From Eledone cirrhosa (lineage: Eukaryota), in the NCBI GenBank assembly GCA_964016885.1, contig OZ024743.1, positions 333,932,001 to 333,996,000 of the forward strand: a stretch of 64,000 nucleotides of DNA, read 5' to 3'. The notes beneath the pieces were generated by a model. The model was not told the DNA's origin and did not search any database. It was given only the letters and a program-made list of their open reading frames with translations. The position numbers and the translations under genes were made by a program. Position 1 is the first letter of the stretch, and the number at the start of each line of letters is the position of its first letter. Shown here in pieces: positions 1 to 9,690 of the stretch.

Positions 1-1
1 C

Positions 2-240
2 GAAACCCGGTCCGGCGACATGCCACTACACTTTCAGGCCACATCTGGGACCTCCGAGATAATAATATAACCTACAATCTCACTTGGAGCTTACTGTCCA
101 GAGCTAACTCTTACACGGGAGGACGCCGTCCGTGTAACTTATGCTCGGAGGAAACATTACAAATGTTGTTTTCGTAGGACCAAATCCTAAACAAGAAAGA
201 CGAACTGGTAACCGCATGCAAACACAGATTGCGTAGGACT
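2..240 (+). pseudogene. C-terminal GIY-YIG endonuclease remnant of a Penelope-like element (resembles Hydra-clade PLE EN C-terminus)
   Basis: Frame from nt 2 reads ...TTLSGHIWDLRDNNITYNLTWSLLSRANSYTGGRRPCNLCSEE...*DQILNKKDELVTACKH. It has CxLCxEE, LNK(R/K)xE and CxH motifs and one internal stop. A pyrimidine-rich 3'UTR follows to ~1020. Confidence 0.7.
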
Positions 241-1358
241 TACCTCGCCCTCAAACCCCATAACGACCCGGTTGGGTAGACAAGGGCTGATACCCCCCCC
301 ACTTGCCGAATAAGTTAGGGGAAACCCCAGCTTACATAGGTAGATGTATCTCTTTTCTCTTCTTTTCCTCATTGTCTTCTTTTTCCCCCTGTCTCATCGT
401 ATCACTTCCTTCCACCCCCTATTTTTTTCCTCGTCTGATTTTCCCCTTTCGCCTACCCCGATGCAGCCCATCGGGCCTCTGTAGCATCAGTTCCCCCACC
501 CCTGTAATTTTAAGATAGTATTGGCCGAATACGTTTTACTAACTACTTATAGCAGACGTGTTAAACCCCTTTAATTTTGTATCAGTTTTGGTACTACTCA
601 ATTTCTACAAGTTTTTTCTATTCTCAACTTATTAATCTGTAATTGTAAGATAGCATTGTGATTTTTTAAATTCATTTCTCACTATCTAATTTTATATATA
701 TTTTTTATTTTTTTCTATTATCTTTTATTGTCTCCTACTCTCATTCGATTTACCTATTCTATAACCTCCCACCCCTACTTCATACACTATCCTTAGAATC
801 TGCTGTATACATATCACTTTCAACGCTTGACCGCTCCACTCACTCCCCTATTGTTCTACAGGCAAGTTCAGCCACCCTACCTCCCACCAAATGCCATGAT
901 AGACTTATTTGTGTTTACAACAAATTTTAACCAATCCTTTTGACAACTACAATCTTCCCATATAAGGAAGTACCCCTTGAAAAGTTCGGCTATTTATTCA
1001 CCAGGCTAAACATTTTAATTTAATCCAGAAATAGCCGTCGAAACGGCTTGAGCTCTGCCGTCGGGGTCATACTTTTTTCTATTTCCCACTCTACTACCCT
1101 AAGTATTGAGTACTCTGGTGCGTTATGGTCCATCTGGTTCCTTACCACAATTCCTTTGTTATATATATATATATATATATATATAAATATAAATTCAGCG
1201 AGAATCGCATTTCGGCGAGTAGAAAAAGCGAAACGAAACGCAAAATCAGATTTATATATATATGAGTCACACAACGCCGTACGCTTAAACTATCCATGAT
1301 AAGTAGTTTTCACAACCTCTTATCGGATTACCTTTAACGATATGTTGTTATCCCCCCC

Positions 1359-1409
<51 letters not shown>

Positions 1410-1455
1410 AGGGAGAGAATTGGGAGTGTGTAACACTCCACTTATCAATATATAT

Positions 1456-1527
<72 letters not shown>

Positions 1528-1988
1528 ATATAAAGAGTAAAGAGAAATAACAAAGCAAACGACACAGTAGATGGAAAAATTATATTAATTTAACGCTTAA
1601 ACTAACTGGAAAAGAGTCCTCACAACACGAAATATGAACAGACCTTCAACACTTAATTTTTGATTTTTCCACAATACTTCAAACAAACTACACTTTATTA
1701 ATATTTAATATTTGATAAGATGAATTACATCAATACCAGTAATATTCTATATATTTTATAAAACCACTTTAAAAAAAAATGTTTTTTCCTTTTTTCAAAA
1801 ATAACCCTGTCGGAAAGGAAAGAAGAAAAAAAAGATTTTTAATATATATATTAGAAAAGGAAAGTGAGGTTCTATACAAAACAGTGGATATAGAGAAAAG
1901 GTGAATTTGGAAATAGCACGGAAAATATATTTAAGGACCTGTTTTTCATTTTTTATCCTTTCTTTGATTCGTCAAAGTGACATAATTT

Positions 1989-2135
1989 AGGGAACAAAGA
2001 ATCGGTGTTGCATCATATACATATTTAATTTCATATTACATATGTTTCACTGTCGATCAGCTCGAGGAACGATCAATTATGAACGTAATATGTAATTAAA
2101 TATGTATATGATGCAACACTGATTCTTTGTTCCCT
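1989..2135. repeat. Fold-back inverted repeat with a degenerate half-HHR on the minus strand
   Basis: Arms AGGGAACAAAGAATCGGTGTTGCATCATATACATATTTAATT and AATTAAATATGTATATGATGCAACACTGATTCTTTGTTCCCT. The minus strand carries GCTG-ATCGA-CAGT-GAAAC-ATAT-GTA. Confidence 0.75.
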
Positions 2136-2158
2136 TATATATTAATATTATTGAAATG

Positions 2159-2340
2159 GTGGATTTGCAGTATTGGTAGAGGGTCGGACACCATGCTTTG
2201 TAGCATAGAGTTACCTCCCTTTATGATCTGAGTTCAAATCCCGCCGAGGTTAACTTTACCTTTCATCCTTACGGGGTCGATAAAATAAAGTACCAGTAAT
2301 GCACTGGGTAATTTATGGCCTTGTGCCAAAAGTAGAAACA
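2159..2340 (+). mobile_element. tRNA-derived SINE (octopus OK-like family) with 12-bp TSD
   Basis: A-box-like TTGCAGTATTGG and B-box GAGTTCAAATCC. Body is shared with several other copies in the window. ATTATTGAAATG is duplicated at 2147-2158 and 2341-2352. Confidence 0.8.
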
Positions 2341-2653
2341 ATTATTGAAATGCTCATTCGGCATACCACCTACGGACGCATTTAAATTGCATCTTTAAAT
2401 ACCTATATATAAATACATATATATATATATACTGATCGACAAACAAATGTTTGACAAGCGCACCTCAGCATGAAAAGTCTTTCTAAAAACGAAACAATAC
2501 CTCCTACGTTAACCAAGAACTCCTAAGACCTAACCAACAACCAACAACTTAATTTATAAAATCATTTTTTTAAAGAAAAATTCTTTTTGGATTTTGTGAA
2601 GAAAATAAATTTGTTGAAAGCACAAGTGAAGCCATTTTTTCTTCCCCCCTGTC

Positions 2654-2728
<75 letters not shown>

Positions 2729-2984
2729 TCATAAAAAAGGAATTCCAACTTTGTCTGATTTACTCGTTTTATTTACAATCCTTTAAAATTATAATGGTAT
2801 TAGAATGAAATAGTATAGTAGAATATTAAATGTTAAGTGTTAATTGAACAAGTACTTTCATGCTTTCGCAATCTTGAGGTTCATATTCTGTGGTGACAGT
2901 CAAGTTTGCAATTTTCATATATATCTATATCTATATATATATATATATACACACACGTACACACACACACACACACATATATAT

Positions 2985-3173
2985 AATTGTTTCTATTTTA
3001 GGCACAAGGCCAGCAATTACCCAGTACATTACTGGTACTTTATTTTATCGACCCCGTAAGGATGAAAGGCAAAGTTAACCTCGGCGGGATTTGAACTTAG
3101 ATCATATAGGGACGTAACTCAATTCTTCAAAGCATGGTGTCGGACTCTCTACCGATACTGCCAAATCACCACC
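2985..3173 (-). mobile_element. tRNA-derived SINE copy, same family as 2159
   Basis: Reverse complement matches the 2159 and 61867 copies (GGATTTGAAC B box; CGACCCCGTAAGGATGAAAGGC). Confidence 0.8.
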
Positions 3174-3193
3174 ACATATATATATATAATATA

Positions 3194-3326
3194 TGTGACA
3201 CCATGAATAATATATTATATAATATATATATATATATATATAATATATTATATAATATATATATATATATATATATAATATTATATAATATATATATATA
3301 TATAATATATTATTCATGGTGTCACA
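3194..3326. repeat. Fold-back repeat with AT-rich spacer
   Basis: TGTGACACCATGAATAATATATTATAT ... ATATAATATATTATTCATGGTGTCACA. Confidence 0.7.
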
Positions 3327-3759
3327 CTTTTTTTAACTTTGTGTTCATTCTGGACGAAAATGTATTACCTTTTCGTACCATGGATTGGTATCTGCTTTAC
3401 TGCGACTACAACTACGATTTATACCTATTATATATAATATTTGTTCATATATCAAATTGGGCAACTGCTAGTATTGTGTACATATGTATATAGAAACAAA
3501 TAATAGATTTTTTCACTTAAAAATAGAATCAGACAAAATCACCTGAAGTCAACCTATTGTATAGATTAAGCCTAAAGTATGTATGTGTGAGTGTATGTGT
3601 GAGTGTATGTGCGTGTATGTGCGTGTATGTATATATACACACACACACATACACACACACACACACACACGCACACACATATATATATACAGTGCAGATT
3701 CCCGAGTTCACAGTTGAAAAGCTATTCAATTCATGAGTAGAATACAAGAATCTTTATTA

Positions 3760-3880
3760 TATATAGAAAAGACTTCTACAGGACTAGAACTGTTTCATTC
3801 GTATGAAATCACCAGGAAATTCCTGATGATTTGATACAAATGAAACAGTTCTAGACCCGTAGAAGTCATTCCTATATATA
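3760..3880. repeat. Fold-back repeat centred just 5' of a degenerate HHR core
   Basis: Arms meet at GGAAATTCC (~3815-3823). The right arm reads CTGATGA-TTTG-ATA-CAAAT-GAAAC. Confidence 0.7.
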
Positions 3881-4223
3881 ATACGCACACACACGCACAC
3901 ACACGCACACACAAACACATACACACACACATTAGAAGATAAATTAAAAAAAACAAGCAATCAAATGAATTCAGAGAGAAAGAAATGCTGTTTATATTAA
4001 CTTGGATTAAAAAACAAAACGACTTAATTCTTTTCCTCTCCATATTTATGTTTTCTTCACTTTTATGTGAAATGTTGGCAACTTCAGACAATCAGTACAG
4101 AATTTATAGAATATTTCTTCCTCAGTTATGGAAAACACAGAGTGAAAGAATGGAATTTAATCTTACGATGTGTATGTCCATGTAAAGCAGTATATAGATC
4201 ATGTGTGTATATATGTATGTATG

Positions 4224-4420
4224 TTCTTCTGGTTTTATAGTTTCACAAATTTTTGCCAATAGAGAGAGAGTCGGTTCCTAAGATAGACACAAGACTCTCT
4301 CATTGGAATTTACACAACATCAACTAGGTAGATATGTCTGCATGTCTGCATGCATGCATGTGTGTATGCAGGTATGGATGTTATTGTATGTATGCATGTA
4401 TATATGTATGTATATCTGGT
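4224..4420 (-). mobile_element. 3' fragment of the R4/Dong-like family seen at 35890-39975, ending in (CATA)n
   Basis: Reverse complement aligns by eye with 39860-39975 (ACCTAGTTGATGTTGTGTAAATTCCAATGAGA...TATAAAACCAGA). It abuts (TATG)n. Confidence 0.75.
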
Positions 4421-4588
4421 CCTGTAACCCCTGATAGAGTGGTAGGGGTGCTGTATTGACAGACGGTGTTTCTTTGCTATTTTAAGCCTGACGGAGCCCA
4501 TCCTTCTCCAGGTCTGAGTACAGCAGATTTCTTCCAGAGAAAGATAGAAAGTAAGTGAAAGGAAATGAGAAAGAAATATAGAGGAAGA

Positions 4589-4748
4589 ATCGACCCCAGT
4601 ACTAGACTGGTACTTTTTTTATCGATCTCGAAAGGATGAACAGGCAAAATTCACCCCGGCAGGATTTGAACACCGAGAGCAGAGAGCCGGAACAAATACC
4701 ACAAAGCATTCTATCCGACGCTCTAACGACTCTGCCAATTCGCCGCCT
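4589..4748 (-). mobile_element. tRNA-derived SINE copy (related subfamily)
   Basis: Minus strand begins GGCGGCGAATTGGCAGAGTCGTTAGAGC, has B box GTTCAAATCC and a TTCATCCTTTCG..TCGATAAAA..GTACCAG tail. Confidence 0.75.
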
Positions 4749-5548
4749 TATAGATCGTGTATGTCTATAAAAACCAGTCTCAAGTCCGGAGGCTCCTCAG
4801 GTCTGTGTTTGTCCTGGATTCCGTGGCGTTAAGTGACTGAGATTACAAGACTCCCCACCCCCACTACACAGGACGCCAGTCCATCGCAGTAAACCACTTG
4901 GCTGCAGTAGAAATTTGAAATGAAATTCAAGAGATGTATACCGTTATGTAGAGGAGCCGAAGATATCAAAATACTGGGACATGACCGCTCGCTTCCTTTC
5001 CGTGCTAGTTGCTGTCCAGATTCTTCTATACCCTTTAATTTTTTATGCCCGATTTTCCTCATTATATACCCACTCACAACTCATGACTTAACGTTGGCTT
5101 TTACTCACCAATTTACCAACCATAATACCAGTAATGCTAACCTTTTTATTCACAATCAACTGCTATACCCACGAATTTACCCACCATCCACTATTTTACC
5201 CACGACTTTAACCACGATTTAACCCATAATTTTATTTTGCATACTGCTTGACTTTTGATTGTAAGCAAACATTATCCACCGTTTGACCTATAAGTTGCTT
5301 AACTAAATACCCACCACATTACCGACGAATCAACTCATTACTCACCATTTTACCCACAATCCACTATTTATCTCCATTTTTACCCAATAATTCACCTAAA
5401 AATAGACTCATCAGTCACTATTTTATTCAAATTTTAATCACGCCTTTATTGTACTGACACTGTACTATTATAACCTCTACTTTACCTCATACTCTAACCG
5501 TTTATCTAACAATTTACTCATGGATTTACCCCCTTTTGTAAATCTCAG

Positions 5549-6044
5549 TCAAGTACAAGGCAACAGACGTCGACATTCAGGATCAGTAGTGTTGGACTTC
5601 AGTCCTCTGTGACCAATGAGGCACCAGATAACAGACACCTCAAAACCAGAAGCCTTGAACTTATGCTCTGCAATAGCATTTACTTTTACCATGCTCCTTA
5701 CCAGGTGTATTAGTAGATAGAAAAATAAAATGTCTTCCTTTGTGATATCATTCGTAGTAGTAAACTGATAACATCTAAGCGAGGCAGTTGCTATATGTTT
5801 GCAGAAGATATGATGCAAACATAGAAATGTTTGGACTTAACTGCTGAAGCATAACGGACTCCACGAGAAAATGCGTATGCGCACGATGATATAAAGATCG
5901 TAATTTAGAGTATTCGTAATTCGCATTGATCGTACCTTGAGGAATGTATGTATGAGGGGCGCCATATTGACATACAGCATTTCTAGGGTATTTTAAAACC
6001 TGGTGGAGCTCATCTCCTTTCCAGGTCTGAATACATACATACAT
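5549..6044 (-). pseudogene. Degenerate RNase H domain of an I-group (I/Nimb/Ingi-like) LINE
   Basis: Translated fragment ...HLVRSM...FEVSVIWCLIGHRGLKSNTTD resembles the W(V/I)PGHxGIxGNExAD RNase H motif. It is heavily frameshifted. Confidence 0.4.
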
Positions 6045-6073
6045 TCTCAGCGCTTCAAAAGCCGAAAATTCGC

Positions 6074-6138
<65 letters not shown>

Positions 6139-6354
6139 GGAAAGTTATATTTAAATTGTTGGGTTACAACTAGTAAATATTTATAACTGATATAAAAGCA
6201 CTCGACAAGTATTTGGAGTATATTTACGATATTAAATAAATGGAAACTATATGTTTTCTGTTTACAATTTTTTCACTGCCAATTCAACTTTTCAAATACA
6301 AGTCGATGTTGTACGGTATGTCAAATCTATTTATCTATAAAACTGTTTATATTG

Positions 6355-6420
6355 TATTTTGTCTGAGGAAGGCATAGCATATTGTTAATATGATATCCCT
6401 GAAATATATATAATGAAATA
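6355..6420 (+). ncRNA. Type I hammerhead ribozyme in a (TA)n-flanked PLE pLTR-like remnant (~6135-6430)
   Basis: Stem I TATTTTGT/ATGAAATA (8 bp, 2 GU). Core CTGAGGA. Long stem II AGG..CATATT-GTT-AATATG..CCT. Then GAAA-T-ATAT-A-T-A, with cleavage predicted after 6412. Confidence 0.65.
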
Positions 6421-6467
6421 AATATGGTTTTATAAATATAGTTTCCATTTATTTAATATCGTATATA

Positions 6468-6548
<81 letters not shown>

Positions 6549-6751
6549 TATGTATACGTACATACATATATGTATACAGACGTACAGTAGTATGTATATA
6601 TATATACATACATGCACACATATATATATGTACGTATGGATTCACCGAACATTTATTATAATGCTCGGTGTGTTTGTAAACAAACATCCCGAATTAAGCC
6701 GTACAGTGTCTAGCAACCATCGTTGCTCATTTGTCCAACACTGACAAAGGA

Positions 6752-6794
6752 ACGCTGTACTAGTTTCAAGCTTATTAGTTCTCGTCAGCAACGT
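6752..6794 (-). ncRNA. Minimal type I hammerhead ribozyme
   Basis: ACGTTG-CTGACGA-GAACTAATAAGCTT-GAAAC-TA-GTA-CAGCGT, with palindromic stem III ACTAGT. Confidence 0.7.
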
Positions 6795-7214
6795 ATACCT
6801 TCCTGCCAGATGGTTGAACGTCTGAAAATATATACTTTCCTTATGCATATTAACGGCTGAGCAGCCTAATTTGCATATCGAGTGAGTTAATCGGCCGGGG
6901 TACCGAAAACGATAAACGGAAAAAATGCAACGAAATTTCATTTCTCACTCTTATAACGGCTGTTACTTAAATATAAGTATGTATACGTACATACATATAT
7001 GTATACAGACGTACAGTAGTACGTATACATACTTATATTTAAGTAAGAGCCGTACTAAGAGTGTGAAATGAAATTTCATTTCATTTTTTCCGTTTATCGT
7101 TTTCGGTACCCCGGCCGATTAACTCACTCGATATGCAAATTAGGCTGCTCAACAGTTAATATGCATAAGGAAAGTATATACTTTCAGACGTTCAACCATC
7201 TGGCAGGAAGGTAT

Positions 7215-7257
7215 ACGTTGCTGACGATAGCTAATAAGCTTGAAACTAGTACAGTGT
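7215..7257 (+). ncRNA. Minimal type I hammerhead ribozyme
   Basis: ACGTTG-CTGACGA-T-AGCT-AATA-AGCT-T-GAAAC-TA-GTA-CAGTGT. Cleavage is predicted after A7251. Confidence 0.75.
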
Positions 7258-7686
7258 TCCTTTGTCAGTGTTGAACAAATGAGCAACAATGGTTGCTAGA
7301 CACTGTACGGCTTAATTCGGGATGTTTGTTTACAAACACACCGAGCATTATAATAAATGTTCGGTGAATCCATACGTACATATATATATATGTGTGCATG
7401 TATGTATATATATATATATACTTACTACTGTACGTCTGTATACATATATGTATGTACGTATACATACTTATATTTAAGTAACAGCCGTACTAAGTGTGAG
7501 AAATGAAATCTCGTTTCATTTTTTCCGTTTATATATATATATATATGGATAAAAGGCCATGGGCGCGCTACGGATCGATGTTCTGTTTTAAGCGCCGTAG
7601 TAAACAACTGACGATGGGAAACTTATCTTCTCTTGTTTACCTTCTAACACTTCGTTTTCAGTAAACACACAGCCTCGCCTTTTTAC

Positions 7687-7734
<48 letters not shown>

Positions 7735-7939
7735 ATATTTGGGGAGGGTCATATTTGCGTAATATTGCCAGAATTAATAACAGAACACACTCACTGTTTG
7801 GTTGGTTTTCGCTTCTCGCTGTCTTTTATATATATATATCTGCGATCTAACTTACTCGGTCCTCAATGTTGCCATTGACTGACCGGCGGTCAAAAATAAT
7901 ACAGATACAATATAGACAAACACATATATATATAGTTTA

Positions 7940-7978
7940 CATAAATCTTTCGTTGCACATCTGCAACATCGTCAGTGG
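7940..7978 (-). ncRNA. PLE pLTR hammerhead motif (inverted copy)
   Basis: Mirror copy of 13598-13636. Confidence 0.6.
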
Positions 7979-8255
7979 TGTTATATTCATTGTTCCTCCT
8001 GTTGTGTTGTATGTCTACGCCATTTTTTTTTTTGTTCAGTCTGTCTATATATTTATTTATTTATTTGCTTGTTTGTTTATCTTATTTTATTTTGTCTTCT
8101 TTGCGCATGCGTTTGCGTGTGTGTATAGTGTTATGTGTGATGTGTGATGTGTGACTAGTGTGTATAGTGTTGTCTGCTGGGTGACTAGTGTGTGTTTATG
8201 TGCTTGTGTATGTATTTATTTATCTTATTTTATTTAATTTAATTTACTTATTTAT

Positions 8256-9485
8256 TTATACTTCTCTTAGGTCAGTGTTGTTTGTTTGGGTGTTGTTGTT
8301 GTTCCACTCATTCTTTCTGTTTAGCTTTGGTCTTCTAATTTCTATTTCACTGGCCTCTCTGATTTGCCTATCTGCTGGGTCATTCCTATGTTTAGATATT
8401 ATTCTAATTTCTATGTTGTCTATGTTACCGTCATGATGTTGTCTAGCATGTTCGTATAGTACTGACCCGTTTTTTCGTCCTTTTAGTTCCCCCCAGTGTT
8501 GGTCTATCCTTTCACCTATGCTACGAGCTGTCTCACCTATGTATGTTGTTGTCGTGTTTCTACAAGTACCCTCTGTACATCTTATGCTATAGACTACGTT
8601 TCTAGTTTTACAGTTTATCCGGGGGTTCACCTTACATATGATACATTTCCTATTGGTACAGTGGGTTTTCTTAAAAGGGTAGGTTTTGCTGATCAGGGAT
8701 TTTATGGTGGTTCCTGGCTTTTCTACCACCTTTATTTTTAAGTGGGTCTTTCTCAGGGCCTTTCTACACTGGTTAGCTAATTTCCCTCCAGGGGTGGCGT
8801 CCACAAACATGACACTCTGATATCTCTGGTTGTCGTACCATGATGTGGTCTTCCCTATCTTATGTCTAGCCCTATCTAAGCTATTCCATGATTTGCTCCT
8901 GTATAGTGGGCAAATTCCTTTCATGTCCAGTTCTATGAGGGTCTTATACTTTTCCATGGCTCCTTCGTATACTCTGACTCTGTCTCTTTGGTTGTAGCCA
9001 GAGAACTGCATGCGGTTGATGAAGTGTTGGATGTGTCCTTCCATTTCTGTTGGGTCGCACATGCTGGACACATTCTTCATCACTCGTACCAAATCTGCGA
9101 TCAGAATATTAAACTTAGCACTACTGGACATTGCTGAGTTTTTGAGTATCAGGTATTTGGAGGCCATGGGTTTAGCATAGTGTGAGTGGAGAATTTGGGC
9201 TCTCTCGTCTATAGTGTTAATCCAGAGTTCTGTGTCTAATACAGGTAGTCTATTGTTAGGGTGTTTGGAAGGGAAGTCTATAGTTACAGTTATACTCTGG
9301 TGTATGGAATTAGCTATCTGCTGGATGCTTTCCATCGTGCTACGTTCTAAATCAAACTTGTTAGTGCTCTCTAGTGGGGGTGTTCTTATAACTATATTGA
9401 TATCGTCTACATAACGAGAGTACATGATGAGGTCTATGGAGCTTTCATTAAGGAGATCTTTAAGTCTCCTTTCCCACCATACCAT
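8256..9485 (-). CDS. 5'-truncated PLE ORF (RT C-terminal part + GIY-YIG), identical to the C-terminal 409 aa of the full ORF
   Basis: YSRYVDD, CTNRKCIIC linker and VVYSIRC...YIGET GIY-YIG motif. Confidence 0.9.
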   Translation of the reverse strand: MVWWERRLKDLLNESSIDLIMYSRYVDDINIVIRTPPLESTNKFDLERSTMESIQQIANSIHQSITVTIDFPSKHPNNRLPVLDTELWINTIDERAQILHSHYAKPMASKYLILKNSAMSSSAKFNILIADLVRVMKNVSSMCDPTEMEGHIQHFINRMQFSGYNQRDRVRVYEGAMEKYKTLIELDMKGICPLYRSKSWNSLDRARHKIGKTTSWYDNQRYQSVMFVDATPGGKLANQCRKALRKTHLKIKVVEKPGTTIKSLISKTYPFKKTHCTNRKCIICKVNPRINCKTRNVVYSIRCTEGTCRNTTTTYIGETARSIGERIDQHWGELKGRKNGSVLYEHARQHHDGNIDNIEIRIISKHRNDPADRQIREASEIEIRRPKLNRKNEWNNNNTQTNNTDLREV

Positions 9486-9690
9486 GAAAAGTATGATATT
9501 ATGTAAACTATATATATATGTGTTTGTCTATATTGTATCTGTATTATTTTTGACCGCCGGTCAGTCAATGGCAACATTGAGGACCGAGTAAGTTAGATCG
9601 CAGATATATATATATAAAAGACAGCGAGAAGCGAAAACCAACCAAACAGTGAGTGTGTTCTGTTATTAATTCTGGCAATATTACGCAAAT

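Larger units (their letters stand above)
6542..7532. mobile_element. Non-coding ~430-bp HHR-bearing monomer (retrozyme-like), in partial tandems arranged head-to-head and flanked by (TA)n
   Basis: Direct-repeat period is 429 in the left arm (6542/6971) and 435 in the right arm (7021/7456). The arms are reverse complements switching at ~7020. There is one HHR per arm and no real ORF. Confidence 0.7.

Noticed and set aside
5030-5540. TTTACCCAC-rich degenerate tract suggestive of telomeric or satellite repeat
   Set aside because: It has no regular period and is not (TTAGGG)n. It is low-complexity sequence only.
7608-7690. CTGACGATGGG half-HHR, with a related CTGATGAAGGG motif at ~44584-44594 (-)
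   Set aside because: No stem II/GAAA/NUH completion was found. These are probably related repeat tails, but no ribozyme can be supported.
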